Part shown: positions 20,457-32,024 of the stretch, piece by piece
Position numbering within the stretch: the stretch's first letter is position 1
How the letters are laid out: each line of letters begins with the position of its first letter
Assembly (NCBI GenBank): GCA_963778655.1
Contig: CAVZVA010000010.1
Span: 384,001-448,000, forward strand
Length of the DNA: 64,000 nt
Direction of reading: 5' to 3'
Source of the DNA: an uncultured delta proteobacterium
GTDB lineage: Bacteria; Myxococcota_A; Polyangia; Polyangiales; JAFGIB01
Translations under genes and position numbers: made by a program
The notes under the pieces: generated by a model
Databases searched by the model: none
What the model was told of the DNA's origin: nothing
What the model saw: the letters and a program-made list of their open reading frames with translations, nothing else

Positions 20457-21239
20457 ATGACCAGAACCCGAAGCGGTATCATGCCCATTGCCCGCCCGCC
20501 CGATGAAGGCGACGAGGTCGGTGGGTCTGCGCGCGAGCGCGCCGCCATCGCACACGCTCCTGCACCCGACGGGGGCGCGGCGGGCGCGGACCCCCTGCTC
20601 GAGGGGCTGTGCCGCCTGGCGCGCGCCCAGGGCGGACGCGAGGCACGCCGCGCCGCAATCGCGCTCGCCGAGCAGGTCGGGCAGGACGCCGAGCGTCTGC
20701 AGCCGCTGCTGCAGGCGCTGATCGAGCGCGCGCGCGAGCTGGAGCAGCTGCGCCGCCTCTCGGGTACCGACGAGCTCACCGGCATCGCCAACCGCCGCAG
20801 CTTCCAGCGGGCGCTGCAGCGCGAGCTCGCGCGCACCGAGCGCGAGCGACAGCCGCTCGCCTTGCTGCTGCTCGACGTCGACGGGCTCAAGCAGGTCAAC
20901 GATGCTTTCGGACATCCCGAAGGAGACCGCGCGCTGCGGGCGGTGGCCGCGTGCGCCGGCCGCGTGGTGCGCCACGGCGACCTGCTGGCCCGCATCGGTG
21001 GCGACGAGTTCGCGATCGTGCTGCCCGCGACCGACGTCGAGGAGGCGCGCGCGGTGGGCCAGCGCATCCGCGAGCAGCTGCGACGCAGCCAGCTGGGCCC
21101 GGCCGCGGTCGGGGTCAGCGTCGGGGTCGCGATCACACGTGTAGATCACGGAGACGAGGGCCGCGGCTTGCTCGCCGAGGCCGACGCGGACCTCTATCGC
21201 GACAAGGTCGTGCGCAGATCGCTGCGGCCGGCGGGGTAA
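20457..21239 (+). CDS. Diguanylate cyclase (GGDEF)
   Basis: TDELTGIANRR; DVDGLKQVND.FGH..GD; RHGD I-site; intact GGDEF. Start could be 20481. Confidence 0.92.
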   Translation: MTRTRSGIMPIARPPDEGDEVGGSARERAAIAHAPAPDGGAAGADPLLEGLCRLARAQGGREARRAAIALAEQVGQDAERLQPLLQALIERARELEQLRRLSGTDELTGIANRRSFQRALQRELARTERERQPLALLLLDVDGLKQVNDAFGHPEGDRALRAVAACAGRVVRHGDLLARIGGDEFAIVLPATDVEEARAVGQRIREQLRRSQLGPAAVGVSVGVAITRVDHGDEGRGLLAEADADLYRDKVVRRSLRPAG

Positions 21240-21282
21240 TGCTCATCGGGAGGGCCGATCCCGCGGGGCTCGCCTTGATGGT

Positions 21283-22803
<1,521 letters not shown>

Positions 22804-22849
22804 GCAACGCACCGCCGGGCCCAGCCGGTGTGTGAGCGGCGCGTCAGAT

Positions 22850-22919
22850 CACAGGAAGGCGGCAAGACAGGGAAGGCGCGCAGCGGATCAAAATCCTTCC
22901 CGTCTTCGCGCTTTCCTGT
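22850..22919. repeat. REP-like palindrome of the 8-mer family (copy B)
   Basis: cacaggaag-gcggcaag-acagggaag ... cttcccgt-cttcgcgc-tttcctgt. Confidence 0.75.
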
Positions 22920-22989
22920 TTCGTGGCTTTTTGCGGGCGCGCGAGGCCGGCTGTAACGCAGGCGGGCGCTGCGGCGTCCTAGCTAGCAG

Positions 22990-23057
22990 AAGCCCGCCAC
23001 CGGCTAGCCACTCAGGAGCCCCCTCTCCAGCGCGCGGCGACCCCGGTGGCGGGTTTT
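22990..23057. terminator. Long-loop hairpin with T-tract; probable terminator or sRNA 3' end
   Basis: AAGCCCGCCACCGG (22990-23003) pairs with CCGGTGGCGGGTTT (23043-23056), leaving a 39-nt loop. Confidence 0.55.
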
Positions 23058-23066
23058 GTCTCCAGC

Positions 23067-23429
23067 TCAGGCCGGAAGAAGCGGCTCCATCCGTTCGTAC
23101 GCGGCTGCGGGCGGCGCGCCCGACGACGGCGCCGCGGCTAGTGGCGCGGCCGGCTCGCGGGGCGCGGCGGGCGAAACGGTCGCCGCCAGATCGAGGCGCG
23201 GGCCGCCGGCCGCAGGCCCCACGCGCACCGCGGTCGCCAACCCCAGCATGGTGAGCCGGGCACGTGATGCATCGACCAGGCCTGCGTGCTCCAACGCGAC
23301 CAGCGCAGCGGCAACGCGCGTGGGCGTCAGCGAGAGCGCGGCCGCCAGCGTCGCCGCGCTGATGCGGCGCGTGTCGCGCGAGAAGCAGTACAGAGCGTAG
23401 AGGGTTTGTTGCTGCGTGCTGTCGATCAT
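23067..23429 (-). CDS. Small winged-helix-like hypothetical protein
   Basis: SAATLAAALSLTPTRVAAALVALEHAGLVD..RARLT..G resembles a wHTH; Pro/Ala tail. Confidence 0.6.
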   Translation of the reverse strand: MIDSTQQQTLYALYCFSRDTRRISAATLAAALSLTPTRVAAALVALEHAGLVDASRARLTMLGLATAVRVGPAAGGPRLDLAATVSPAAPREPAAPLAAAPSSGAPPAAAYERMEPLLPA

Positions 23430-23540
23430 GGCCTCAGCCTGCATGACAGCTGAAAGCTTGTCCAGTTTCCGACGTTCAGCATGCGTTTCGGAGCTGCGTG
23501 GCTACCATAACACGCGCTGGCGCAAGGACTGGTGTCCGCC

Positions 23541-23996
23541 ATGAAGCTCCCCCCCTGCGGCTTGTATCGGACCACGGGCCAGGTCGGCTCGATTCCAGCC
23601 GGACGCCTGGTCTACTTCCATAACCACGGCGAGCCCGGCCCGGGGCTGTACCTGCCTGCTGGCTGGACCGGCAACCGCATGCGGACCCAGGAGCGGGGCT
23701 CGCTGCTGCCCAGCCCGCAGGACGTGCGCTGGCTCGAGCCGTTGCCACCCGAGGGCTTTTATCGCGTGCTCGAGCCGTTCTACTGCTGCGAGCAGCACTG
23801 TCGCCAGTTCGAGCCTGACCTGATGGTGCAGCTCGGCTACGACGCTTCGGGCCAGGCGATCCTGTTCGTCCCCGAAATCGTGGAGGGCATGCTCGCGGTG
23901 CCGGAGCGCGGCAGCCAGATCGATCACCGCGCGCTCTCGCAGCTCAAGCTGCTCAAGGTCGCCGTGAACGAGCACGACGCGGGCCGCGTGCACTAG
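23541..23996 (+). CDS. Hypothetical protein
   Basis: Coding-like composition (MKLPPCGLYRTT...LVYFHNHG...CCEQHC...QLGY); divergent from the wHTH gene. Confidence 0.7.
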   Translation: MKLPPCGLYRTTGQVGSIPAGRLVYFHNHGEPGPGLYLPAGWTGNRMRTQERGSLLPSPQDVRWLEPLPPEGFYRVLEPFYCCEQHCRQFEPDLMVQLGYDASGQAILFVPEIVEGMLAVPERGSQIDHRALSQLKLLKVAVNEHDAGRVH

Positions 23997-24090
23997 TACC
24001 GCGCCCGCGACCGACCGAAGACACAGGAAGCCTCTTGGCCTTCCTATTGAATCCTCCCGGAACCCCACCACTGCGGGGCGGGCGGCACGC

Positions 24091-26796
24091 TCACAGCGCG
24101 ACGCGCACCAGCACGAACTTGTTGTTGTCGCGCTCGGTGGTGAGCTGCTTCATGCGCCGGCCTCCGATCAACGACTTGAAGCGCGGGAGCCGCGCGTGCT
24201 CGAGCACGAAGTACGCGGTCGTGCCCTTGTTCTTCGCGATCCAGTCGAGCATCGCCTTGTTGTTGAGGTCGACGAACACGGCCACGCGATTGCCGGTGTA
24301 GAAGTTTTCGCCCTTCCAGTTCATCTGCCACGCGACCAGCGGCTCGCTCGGGCCTTTGCGCTCCTTGTAGTAACGCGCGACCAGCTCGCGTTGGCTCCAG
24401 TGCGGGCTCAGATCGATCATGTAGAGATCGAGGTAGAACAGGCTGAACCACAAGCACAGCCCGACCAGCCCCAAGGTGAGCAGCGGCCGCAGCGTGCGCA
24501 CCGCGGCCAGCGCGATCAGCAAGCTCGCCACCACGGCGAAGCCGGTGAAGGCCGCCCGGAAGTCGAGGTACGCGGGAAACGGCCGCGTGTAGTTGTAGAT
24601 GAAGAGATCGATCAGTCGCTCGCTTCCGGCCGGGCGCTGCGGCGTGGTCCACGAAAGGTCGCGCCCGGCGAATGCGCACAGCACGGAGGCGGCGATCAGC
24701 CCGGCCCCTAACCCGCGCGGTCCGAGGCCTTCGGCGACCGGAGCAGGTCCACTCGGCCGGCCGTACAGCCGGAACGCGGCCCCGAAGCAGAGCAGCCCGA
24801 GCAGGAGCAGCCCCACGCACGCGCCGCTGTTCCACGGGTGCTGCAGCACCCAGACCGCTTCCTTGGCGGGGGGCAGATTGACCGGGATCACGCCGCGCAC
24901 GTCGCCGCGCAAGCCGGCGACCCCGAGCACCAGCGGCAACGGCGCGAGCAGCGCGAGCGCGAGCGCGCACAGACGGCGCGTATCGAGCGGCCGCTCGGGC
25001 GGCCCGACCAGCATGCGGTCGAGCAGCACGCCGATCAGCAGGGCCATCGGCGGCGAGGAGGGAAAGACGTAGTGGTGGAACTTCGTGATCATCGCGCTGT
25101 ACAGCGTGAACGAAGCCGCGAACCACAGCCCCAGCAGCACCACCGTCTCGCGCCTGCGCTTCTCGATCGGCGAGAGCGTGACTCCGCTCGGCCGCAGGCG
25201 CAGGAAACCGGCGAACGCGAGCGGGGCGAGCGCGAACCACGGGTAGGTGCCGTAGCCGAGTTGCTGGATGAAGTACTGGATCGAGCCGGTATCGCCGTGC
25301 ACGCCGGCCGCCAGACGGTCCAGGTGGTCGTGAATCACCAGCCGATCGGTGAAGCCTGTGCCGTGACGGATGTACATCGCCACGAACCAGGGCATGCTCG
25401 CGGTCAGCAAGGCCAGCGAGCCCAGCGCCACCCGCAGTCGGCCGGCGAGCAGCAGCGACCAGCGATTGCTGCTCCACAAAAAGAGCAGCGCGATCAGGCC
25501 CGGCAGCGCGAAGCCGGGCGCGCCCTTGGCCATGAACGAGAGGCCGCAAAACAGGTAGAACGCCAGCATGTACAGCGACTGCGCGCGCCGTTCCCTGCGG
25601 TAGCGCCACACCACGAAGGCGGTGCACGCGGCCCACAGCAGCGCCTGACACAACGGCTCGAACGCCAGCCCGGAGACCTGCGCGCGCTCCTCGTGGATGC
25701 CGAAGTTGCCGGGCACGTCCGGGTTGTGGCCCGAGCCGAACATGAACTCGTCGCGGTGCCAGGCGAACAGGCCGTGGATGAACGTGATGTTGCGGCTGGC
25801 GAGGTAAAGGATCTGCGGCAGGCACACCAGCAGGAACCCGCCGAGCACGAGCTCCTGCGCCGAGATCGAGAGCGGACCGATGCGGTAGCTCTTGACCTTG
25901 CGCTCGGGATCCTCGTGAACCGCGAGCAGCAGCAGCATCACCGCCGTGACCATGGTGCCCACGCACGGCATGTCGGTGATCGCCTGGTGCGTCAGCATGG
26001 CGTAGTAGGGCATGGTCGCGAGCACCAGCGCGCCGAGCAGCGCGGCGCGGCGGCCGAAGCACGCGGCCATCGCGAAATAGGCGGCCAGCAGCCCGCACAA
26101 CGAATAGAAGTAGGTGGGCAGCCGTAGCACCCATTCGACGTGGACGCGGCTGGTGTCGGGCAAGAAGGGCAGCCCGCTGGCGCTCCAGACCAGCGCCTCC
26201 GACCAGAAGATGCCGATCGGCTTGGACCAGAACCAGCGGTCTTGCGCCCACCACAGGCTGATCCAGTCGTCGCGCGAGAGGATCTCGCGCGTGACCTCGC
26301 CGTAGTGCGTCTCCCACGGATCCCACAGCCCGAAGCGGCCGAGCAGCGGCAGATACAGCGCCGAGGCGACCACGAACACGAGCAGCCCCGGGCGCCGCAG
26401 CGCCGCGGGCAGCAAGACCGCGAGCGCCACCGCGATCGCATACGGCAGGCCGTGCCCGCCCAGCACCACCCACAGCAGCGCCAGCACCAGCAGAGAGGCG
26501 GGCAGCAGCACGCGCGGCGCGCACCACGAAGGCTCGCCCGGCAGCGGATAGTACGCGGTTTGCGCAAAAGCGATGCTCGGCTCGTCCTGCGCGTGGAACA
26601 TGCCGAGCAGCCGGAGCAGACCGCCGATGCCCAACAGCAGCAGACCCAGCCCGTAGAGCGCCCCGTGGGGAACCTGCTCCTGGTTCGACATCAGCACGAA
26701 CGTGCCGCCGCCGCCCAGGACTGCCAGCAGCGCGGCCCGCCATGGGCGAGGACCGGACTGGGGCGCGACGTGCCCGCTTGAGCTCTGGTCCAACAT
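24091..26796 (-). CDS. GT-C fold membrane glycosyltransferase (ArnT/PMT, family 39/83-like)
   Basis: GLWDPWETHY; WFWSKP; TDM; MAKG; PWF; YF...GTYPW; TKFHHY; many TM helices. Start 26796 or 26811, not 27012. Confidence 0.85.
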   Translation of the reverse strand: MLDQSSSGHVAPQSGPRPWRAALLAVLGGGGTFVLMSNQEQVPHGALYGLGLLLLGIGGLLRLLGMFHAQDEPSIAFAQTAYYPLPGEPSWCAPRVLLPASLLVLALLWVVLGGHGLPYAIAVALAVLLPAALRRPGLLVFVVASALYLPLLGRFGLWDPWETHYGEVTREILSRDDWISLWWAQDRWFWSKPIGIFWSEALVWSASGLPFLPDTSRVHVEWVLRLPTYFYSLCGLLAAYFAMAACFGRRAALLGALVLATMPYYAMLTHQAITDMPCVGTMVTAVMLLLLAVHEDPERKVKSYRIGPLSISAQELVLGGFLLVCLPQILYLASRNITFIHGLFAWHRDEFMFGSGHNPDVPGNFGIHEERAQVSGLAFEPLCQALLWAACTAFVVWRYRRERRAQSLYMLAFYLFCGLSFMAKGAPGFALPGLIALLFLWSSNRWSLLLAGRLRVALGSLALLTASMPWFVAMYIRHGTGFTDRLVIHDHLDRLAAGVHGDTGSIQYFIQQLGYGTYPWFALAPLAFAGFLRLRPSGVTLSPIEKRRRETVVLLGLWFAASFTLYSAMITKFHHYVFPSSPPMALLIGVLLDRMLVGPPERPLDTRRLCALALALLAPLPLVLGVAGLRGDVRGVIPVNLPPAKEAVWVLQHPWNSGACVGLLLLGLLCFGAAFRLYGRPSGPAPVAEGLGPRGLGAGLIAASVLCAFAGRDLSWTTPQRPAGSERLIDLFIYNYTRPFPAYLDFRAAFTGFAVVASLLIALAAVRTLRPLLTLGLVGLCLWFSLFYLDLYMIDLSPHWSQRELVARYYKERKGPSEPLVAWQMNWKGENFYTGNRVAVFVDLNNKAMLDWIAKNKGTTAYFVLEHARLPRFKSLIGGRRMKQLTTERDNNKFVLVRVAL

Positions 26797-26979
26797 CGGG
26801 GGGCCGAGCATAGAGAAGCGCGAGCCGGCCGCCAAGCATGCGTTACTGCGTCGCTTTGACAAAACGCGGCACGCAGAAAACGAAAACCTGGATTTCGACG
26901 CCCGCGGCGGCGCCGAGCAGGGCCTCGCTGCTCCGGCCTCGCGCCGACCGCCAAGGGTTGCTACGCTTGAAGGCCGGCT

Positions 26980-27744
26980 GTGTCGCTTCCCAGCCCCAAG
27001 CCCGAAAGCCACGATGCGCCCTCACTCGAGGGGCGTGACGTATTGCTCGTCGACGACGACCCAGTCTTGTTGCGCACTTGGTCGCGCACACTGACCCGGC
27101 GCGGGATGAGCGTGCGGGCGGTCTCCAGGATTTCGGATGCGCGGCGCGTGATCGCAGGCTGGAGCCGCCGCGCCTTCGACTACGCACTGATCGATGATCG
27201 CCTGCCGGACGGATTCGGGCTCGATCTGGTGCCGGCGCTGGTCGAGCTGCGGCCCTTGCCCGGCTTCGCGGTCATCAGCGCCCTGCCCAGCACCGAGCGC
27301 GCGCTGCGCGCCTGGCAGCGCTCGGTGGTGATCGTGCCGAAACCGGCCTCGCCCTCGGGTCTGATCGAGCTGCTCGGGTTCCTCGACTCGCGCCGGCGCA
27401 AGACGCGCAAGCGTCGTTACAAGGCGCAGGCCCGGGTGGTCGAGGCGGTCCGCTTCGGGCGCTTCGTGCTCGACGCCGACGGGCTGCTCGGCCCGCACGG
27501 GCGCACCCACCTGACCGCCGTCGGGCGCGGGTTGCTGGCGCTGCTGGCCGAGCACCGCGGCGCGTGGGTGCCGACCCCGCAGCTCGCGCGCGACTTCTAC
27601 GAGCTGGAAGGCGCGCACGGCGAGATGCTGGTGCGGCGGCAGGTCTCGCTGCTGCGCCGCGCGCTCGGCGACGAGCACTGGATCGTCGAGAGCGCCCTGC
27701 AGCGCGGCTACCGCGTCGCGCCCGAAGCGCTGGATTCGGACTAG
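26980..27744 (+). CDS. Response regulator with OmpR-like DNA-binding domain
   Basis: LLVDDD; phosphoacceptor in ALID..LPDG.G; ISA; KP; C-terminal LRRAL...IVES....GYR. Confidence 0.8.
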   Translation: MSLPSPKPESHDAPSLEGRDVLLVDDDPVLLRTWSRTLTRRGMSVRAVSRISDARRVIAGWSRRAFDYALIDDRLPDGFGLDLVPALVELRPLPGFAVISALPSTERALRAWQRSVVIVPKPASPSGLIELLGFLDSRRRKTRKRRYKAQARVVEAVRFGRFVLDADGLLGPHGRTHLTAVGRGLLALLAEHRGAWVPTPQLARDFYELEGAHGEMLVRRQVSLLRRALGDEHWIVESALQRGYRVAPEALDSD

Positions 27745-27815
27745 CGGTTCGCAAGCTCGATCAGGGTTCATTGGCGCATGCCGCGACGCGGGAGCGTGGC
27801 GCCAGCCGCGCGCAG

Positions 27816-29210
27816 CTACTTCACCCCGTGGCGGGTCGCGAGCTTGTGCAGGTACTTGCGGTCCATGCCGGCCTCGCGCGCCGCCGCCGAGACGTTGCCG
27901 GCGTGACGGCCGAGCAGCCAGCGCACGTAGCGGCGCTCGAACTCGGCTTCGAAACGCGCGCGGTTCTCGCGGTAGCTCTGGGACGGGTCGAGATCGGGGC
28001 CGGCGGCCGGCGCCGAGCCCTGCGCCGCCGGTGGTGGCGTGCTGGGCGCCGGCGTGCCGAGCGCGAGCGAAACTCCGAGCGGCGCGAGCCCCACCTCTTG
28101 GCCCTCGGCGCCCTGCTGCAGCAGCGCCGCGCGCTCGAGCACGTTGCGCAACTCGCGCACGTTGCCCGGCCAGTCGTGGGCCGCCAGCGCCTGCAGCGCC
28201 TCGGCGCCGAGCTGCAGCGCGGGCGCACGCGGATCGTGCTCGGCGCAGATGCGCGCGAGCAGATGCGGCGCCAGCAGCCCGATGTCGCCGCGCCGCGCGC
28301 GCAGCGGCGGCAGGTGCAAGGGCACCACCGCGAGGCGAAAGTACAGGTCCTTGCGAAATTTGCCGCGCTCGACCTCGAGCAGCAGGTTGCGGTTGCTGGC
28401 GGCGATCACGCGCAGGTCGACCGGAATCTCGCTGCCGCCGCCGACGCGGCGAATGCGCCGCGTCTCCAGCGCGCGTAGCAGCGTCGGCTGCAGCGAGAGC
28501 GGCAGCTCGCCCACCTCGTCGAGAAAAAGCGTGCCGCGCTGGGCCAGCTCGAACGCGCCCTGCCTGCGCTCGACCGCCCCGGTGAAGGCGCCCTTCTCAT
28601 GGCCGAACAGCTCGCTCTCGATCAGCGAGCCCACCAGCGCACCGCAGTCGACCGCGACGAAGGGACCGGCGCTGCGCTTGCTCGCGGCGTGCACCGAGCG
28701 CGCCAGCACGTCCTTGCCGGTGCCGGTCTCGCCGCCGATCAGCAGCGTGGCGTCGGTCGCCGCAACGCGCTCGAGCAGGCCGAAGATCTCACGCATCGCG
28801 GGATCTTCGCCCACCAGCTCGCCGAAGCGGTCGCGCGCGCTGGGGGTGAGCTCGATGCGCTCGGCGTAGGTGCGCACCTGCAGCTCGATGCGGCCGACCG
28901 TGATCAGCACCCCCGGACGCAGATAGCCCTCGCGCACCTCGGCGCCCTCGAGCAGCGTGCCGTTGGTCGAACCGAGATCGCGCAGCAGAAAGCCCTTGTC
29001 GTCGCGCACGATCTCGCAGTGCTCGCGGCTGACCGTGGTGTCGGTCAGCACCAGGTCGTTGTCGGGGTTCTTGCCGATGCGCAGCAGGTCGCCCTCGAGC
29101 ACGCGCTGCTCGCCCTTCTGCTCGCCGCTGACCACCAGTAGCGCGCAGCGCGAGAGCGTCAGCGCGCGACCCGGACCGCGGCTCTCGTGGGCCTGGGTCA
29201 CCGAGCTCAC
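27816..29210 (-). CDS. FHA-domain sigma54-dependent enhancer-binding protein (Fis family)
   Basis: FHA (IGK...[18 protein letters not shown]); [27 protein letters not shown]; Fis HTH. Start GTG 29210 overlaps the upstream stop (GTGA). Confidence 0.92.
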   Translation of the reverse strand: MSSVTQAHESRGPGRALTLSRCALLVVSGEQKGEQRVLEGDLLRIGKNPDNDLVLTDTTVSREHCEIVRDDKGFLLRDLGSTNGTLLEGAEVREGYLRPGVLITVGRIELQVRTYAERIELTPSARDRFGELVGEDPAMREIFGLLERVAATDATLLIGGETGTGKDVLARSVHAASKRSAGPFVAVDCGALVGSLIESELFGHEKGAFTGAVERRQGAFELAQRGTLFLDEVGELPLSLQPTLLRALETRRIRRVGGGSEIPVDLRVIAASNRNLLLEVERGKFRKDLYFRLAVVPLHLPPLRARRGDIGLLAPHLLARICAEHDPRAPALQLGAEALQALAAHDWPGNVRELRNVLERAALLQQGAEGQEVGLAPLGVSLALGTPAPSTPPPAAQGSAPAAGPDLDPSQSYRENRARFEAEFERRYVRWLLGRHAGNVSAAAREAGMDRKYLHKLATRHGVK

Positions 29211-29617
29211 GACGGGCTCTCCGGATGGCCGCGCGATTCGGGTCCGAGCGCGATCCGCACCACGCCCGAGGCCGGCGTGTGCAGAGTGCGCGTGAAACGT
29301 CGGGCGGCGCCCCCGCGCGAGCGCAGCTCGAGCTGCAGCTCGAGCTCGCCAGGCGGCAGGCTCACGCTGTGGTGGACGATCGCGGGGGCGCCTTGCGGGA
29401 AGGCGAAGCTCACCCCGTGCAGCTCCTCGCCGTGGTCGAGGTAAGCCACGCGCAGCTCCACCACCTGAGCGTGGTCGGGACCCAGCTGGAACTCGAGCTC
29501 GGTCTGCCGCGGCCAGTGCGGCCACAGATCGCGCACCACGAAGATCAAGCCGAGCCCCAGCACCAGCCGGGCCAGCCGGCGCCGGTGGCGCAGAAACAGC
29601 CCCGAGAGCACTTGCAT
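29207..29617 (-). CDS. Hypothetical membrane-anchored protein
   Basis: N-terminal TM after RHRRR; beta-rich body; translationally coupled to the sigma54 activator. Confidence 0.6.
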   Translation of the reverse strand: MQVLSGLFLRHRRRLARLVLGLGLIFVVRDLWPHWPRQTELEFQLGPDHAQVVELRVAYLDHGEELHGVSFAFPQGAPAIVHHSVSLPPGELELQLELRSRGGAARRFTRTLHTPASGVVRIALGPESRGHPESPS

Positions 29618-29852
29618 CACCGCAAGAGCATACACCCGCGCGCAACCCGTGGCGGCGCAACGGGAATCGGGCGAACCACGGCTCCGGCCGCGGATGCGGC
29701 CTTTTGCCGGATTTTCGCGCGGCCTGTCGTGCTCTTGACCGGCGGGCGCGGGGCTGGTTGTGTTGTGGGGCTCGCGCCTTCGCTTTGCCCAAGTTGTTAC
29801 TGACACCGCGCGGTGTTAAGTTGACCGTTAGGGCTGTAGTGGCTGATTTTCG

Positions 29853-32003
29853 ATGGTTCCTCTCACCGAGATTCTCGACAAGGTCAGAACCTACTACGAG
29901 CACGCCGACACGGAGCTGATCAACCGCGCCTACGTGTACTCGGCGCGGATGCACCAGGGCCAGCTGCGTCGCTCGGGCGACCCCTACTTCATCCACCCGG
30001 TCAGCGTCGCAGACATCATCGCGCAGCTGCACCTGGACACGGCCAGCATCTGCGCGGCCCTGCTCCACGACGTGATCGAGGACACCCAGATCACGCCCGA
30101 GGAGCTGAGCCGCGAGTTCGGCAAAGAGATCACGTTCCTGGTCGAGGGCGTGACCAAGCTCGGCAAGGTCAACTTCGGCTCCCGCGAGGACCGCGAGGCC
30201 GAGAGCTTCCGCAAGATGCTGCTGGCGATGTCGCGCGACATTCGCGTGCTGCTGGTCAAGCTCGCCGACCGGCTCGACAACATGCGCACGCTCCACTACA
30301 TGACGGTCGAGGCGCAGGAGCGAATCGCGCGCGAGACGCTCGACGTGTACGCGCCGCTGGCCGGCCGCCTCGGCATCCAGTGGATCAAAGACGAGCTCGA
30401 GGACTTAGCTTTCAAGTACCTCTACCCGGAAGCCTACGCCCAGCTCGCGCGCAAGCTGGAGAAGGCCAGCCGCGACTCCGGCAAGTACATCGAACGCGTG
30501 GTGCGGCAGCTCAGACAACTGATGACCGAGGCGGGCGTGACCGAGGTCGAGCTCAACGGCCGGCTCAAGCACCTGTTCTCGATCTACCGCAAGATGCGCC
30601 AACAGAAGTGCGACTTCGAGCGCGTCCACGACCTGATGGCGTTTCGCGTGGTCGTGCCGCGTCTCTCCGACTGCTATGGCGTGCTGGGCTTGGTCCACTC
30701 TCATTGGACGCCGGTGCCGGGGCGCTTCAAGGATTACATCGCGCTGCCCAAGAGCAACATGTACCAGTCACTCCACACCACGGTGATCGGCCCGGAGCAC
30801 CGGCGCATCGAGATCCAGATCCGTACCGAGGACATGCATCGCACGGCCGAGATGGGCATCGCCGCCCACTGGAATTACAAGGAAGGCGGCGCGCTCGGCG
30901 AAGGCGACGCGGGCCGTTTCCGCTGGCTGCGCGAGCTGATGGAGTACCAGAAGGACGTCAAGGACCCCGAGGAGTTCTTCGATGGCATCAAGGTCGATCT
31001 GTTTGCCGACGAGGTCTACGTCTTCACCCCGAAGGGCGACGTGCGGGTCTTTCCGCGGGGCTCGACCCCGGTGGATTTCGCGTACGCGATCCACTCCGAG
31101 ATCGGCGACCACTGCACCGGCGCGCGCATCAACGGCTCGCTGGTTCCGCTGCGCTACAAGCTGCACAACGGCGACACGGTCGAGATCCTCACCACGCAGT
31201 CGCAGCAGCCGACCAAGGATTGGCTGTCGTTCGTGCGCACCGCACGCGCGCGCGTGCGCATCCGCGCCCACATCCGCAGCGATGAGCGCCAGCGCAGCCT
31301 GCAGCTCGGCCGCGACCTGGTGGAACGCCAGCTCCATCGCCGCGACCTCTCGTACAACCGCCTGATGAAGAGCGGCGAGGTCGAGCGCGCGGCCAAGACG
31401 CTCCATCTGTCGGGTCCCGACGAGCTGTTCCAGCAGGTCGGATACGGCCACGTCAGCCCCACCCAGGTGCTCGACGCCATCCTCCCGACCGAGAACCCCG
31501 ACGCCGAGAAGTCGCTCAAGCCCGGGCTACTCGAGAAGACCGTGCGCAAGGTCACGGGCAAAGACGGCAAGGACGGCATCGTCATCGGCGGCGTCAACGA
31601 CGTGCTGGTGCGTTTTGCCAAGTGCTGTAGCCCGCTGCCCGGCGATCCGGTGACGGGCTGGATCACGCGTGGCCGCGGGGTGACCGTGCACCGGCGCGGC
31701 TGCAAGCGCGCGCTCGAGCTCGAACCCGAGCGCCGCGTCGAGTGCCACTGGTCGCGCGATCCCAAGATGGAGCTGCCGGTGGCGATCCGCGTGGTCACCG
31801 CCGATCGGCCCGGCATCCTCGCCAGCCTGTCGCGCCAGTTCAACGAAAGCGGCGTCAACATCACCGAAGCCACCTGCCGCGCGTCGGTCGAGGGCCGCGC
31901 GCTCAACACCTTTCAGTTCTCCGTGGGCGATGTCGGCAAGCTGCGTGGGCTGATGCGCAAGCTCTCCAAGGTCGACGGGGTCTACGAGGTCGAGCGGGTC
32001 TAA
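29853..32003 (+). CDS. rel: Bifunctional (p)ppGpp synthetase/hydrolase (long RSH)
   Basis: H.GQ.R.SG.PY..HP; LLHDVIED hydrolase; KLADRLDNMRT; RFKDYI; YQSLHT; EIQIRT; TGS (VFTPKG, DFAYAIHS); AKCC; ACT domain. Confidence 0.96.
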   Translation: MVPLTEILDKVRTYYEHADTELINRAYVYSARMHQGQLRRSGDPYFIHPVSVADIIAQLHLDTASICAALLHDVIEDTQITPEELSREFGKEITFLVEGVTKLGKVNFGSREDREAESFRKMLLAMSRDIRVLLVKLADRLDNMRTLHYMTVEAQERIARETLDVYAPLAGRLGIQWIKDELEDLAFKYLYPEAYAQLARKLEKASRDSGKYIERVVRQLRQLMTEAGVTEVELNGRLKHLFSIYRKMRQQKCDFERVHDLMAFRVVVPRLSDCYGVLGLVHSHWTPVPGRFKDYIALPKSNMYQSLHTTVIGPEHRRIEIQIRTEDMHRTAEMGIAAHWNYKEGGALGEGDAGRFRWLRELMEYQKDVKDPEEFFDGIKVDLFADEVYVFTPKGDVRVFPRGSTPVDFAYAIHSEIGDHCTGARINGSLVPLRYKLHNGDTVEILTTQSQQPTKDWLSFVRTARARVRIRAHIRSDERQRSLQLGRDLVERQLHRRDLSYNRLMKSGEVERAAKTLHLSGPDELFQQVGYGHVSPTQVLDAILPTENPDAEKSLKPGLLEKTVRKVTGKDGKDGIVIGGVNDVLVRFAKCCSPLPGDPVTGWITRGRGVTVHRRGCKRALELEPERRVECHWSRDPKMELPVAIRVVTADRPGILASLSRQFNESGVNITEATCRASVEGRALNTFQFSVGDVGKLRGLMRKLSKVDGVYEVERV

Positions 32004-32024
32004 CCACCGCGCGGCCGAGCAGCC

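Noticed and set aside
24044..26839. 931-aa minus-strand ORF and similar long Arg/Ala/Pro-rich ORFs (e.g. 4668-6827, 35287-37539, 54005-56011)
   Set aside because: Off-frame or antisense to well-supported genes; stop codons are scarce at this GC content.
29211..30296. 826-aa version of the sigma54 activator overlapping rel
   Set aside because: The extension is antisense to rel and overlaps another gene; recognisable domains begin at GTG 29210, which is coupled to the upstream stop.
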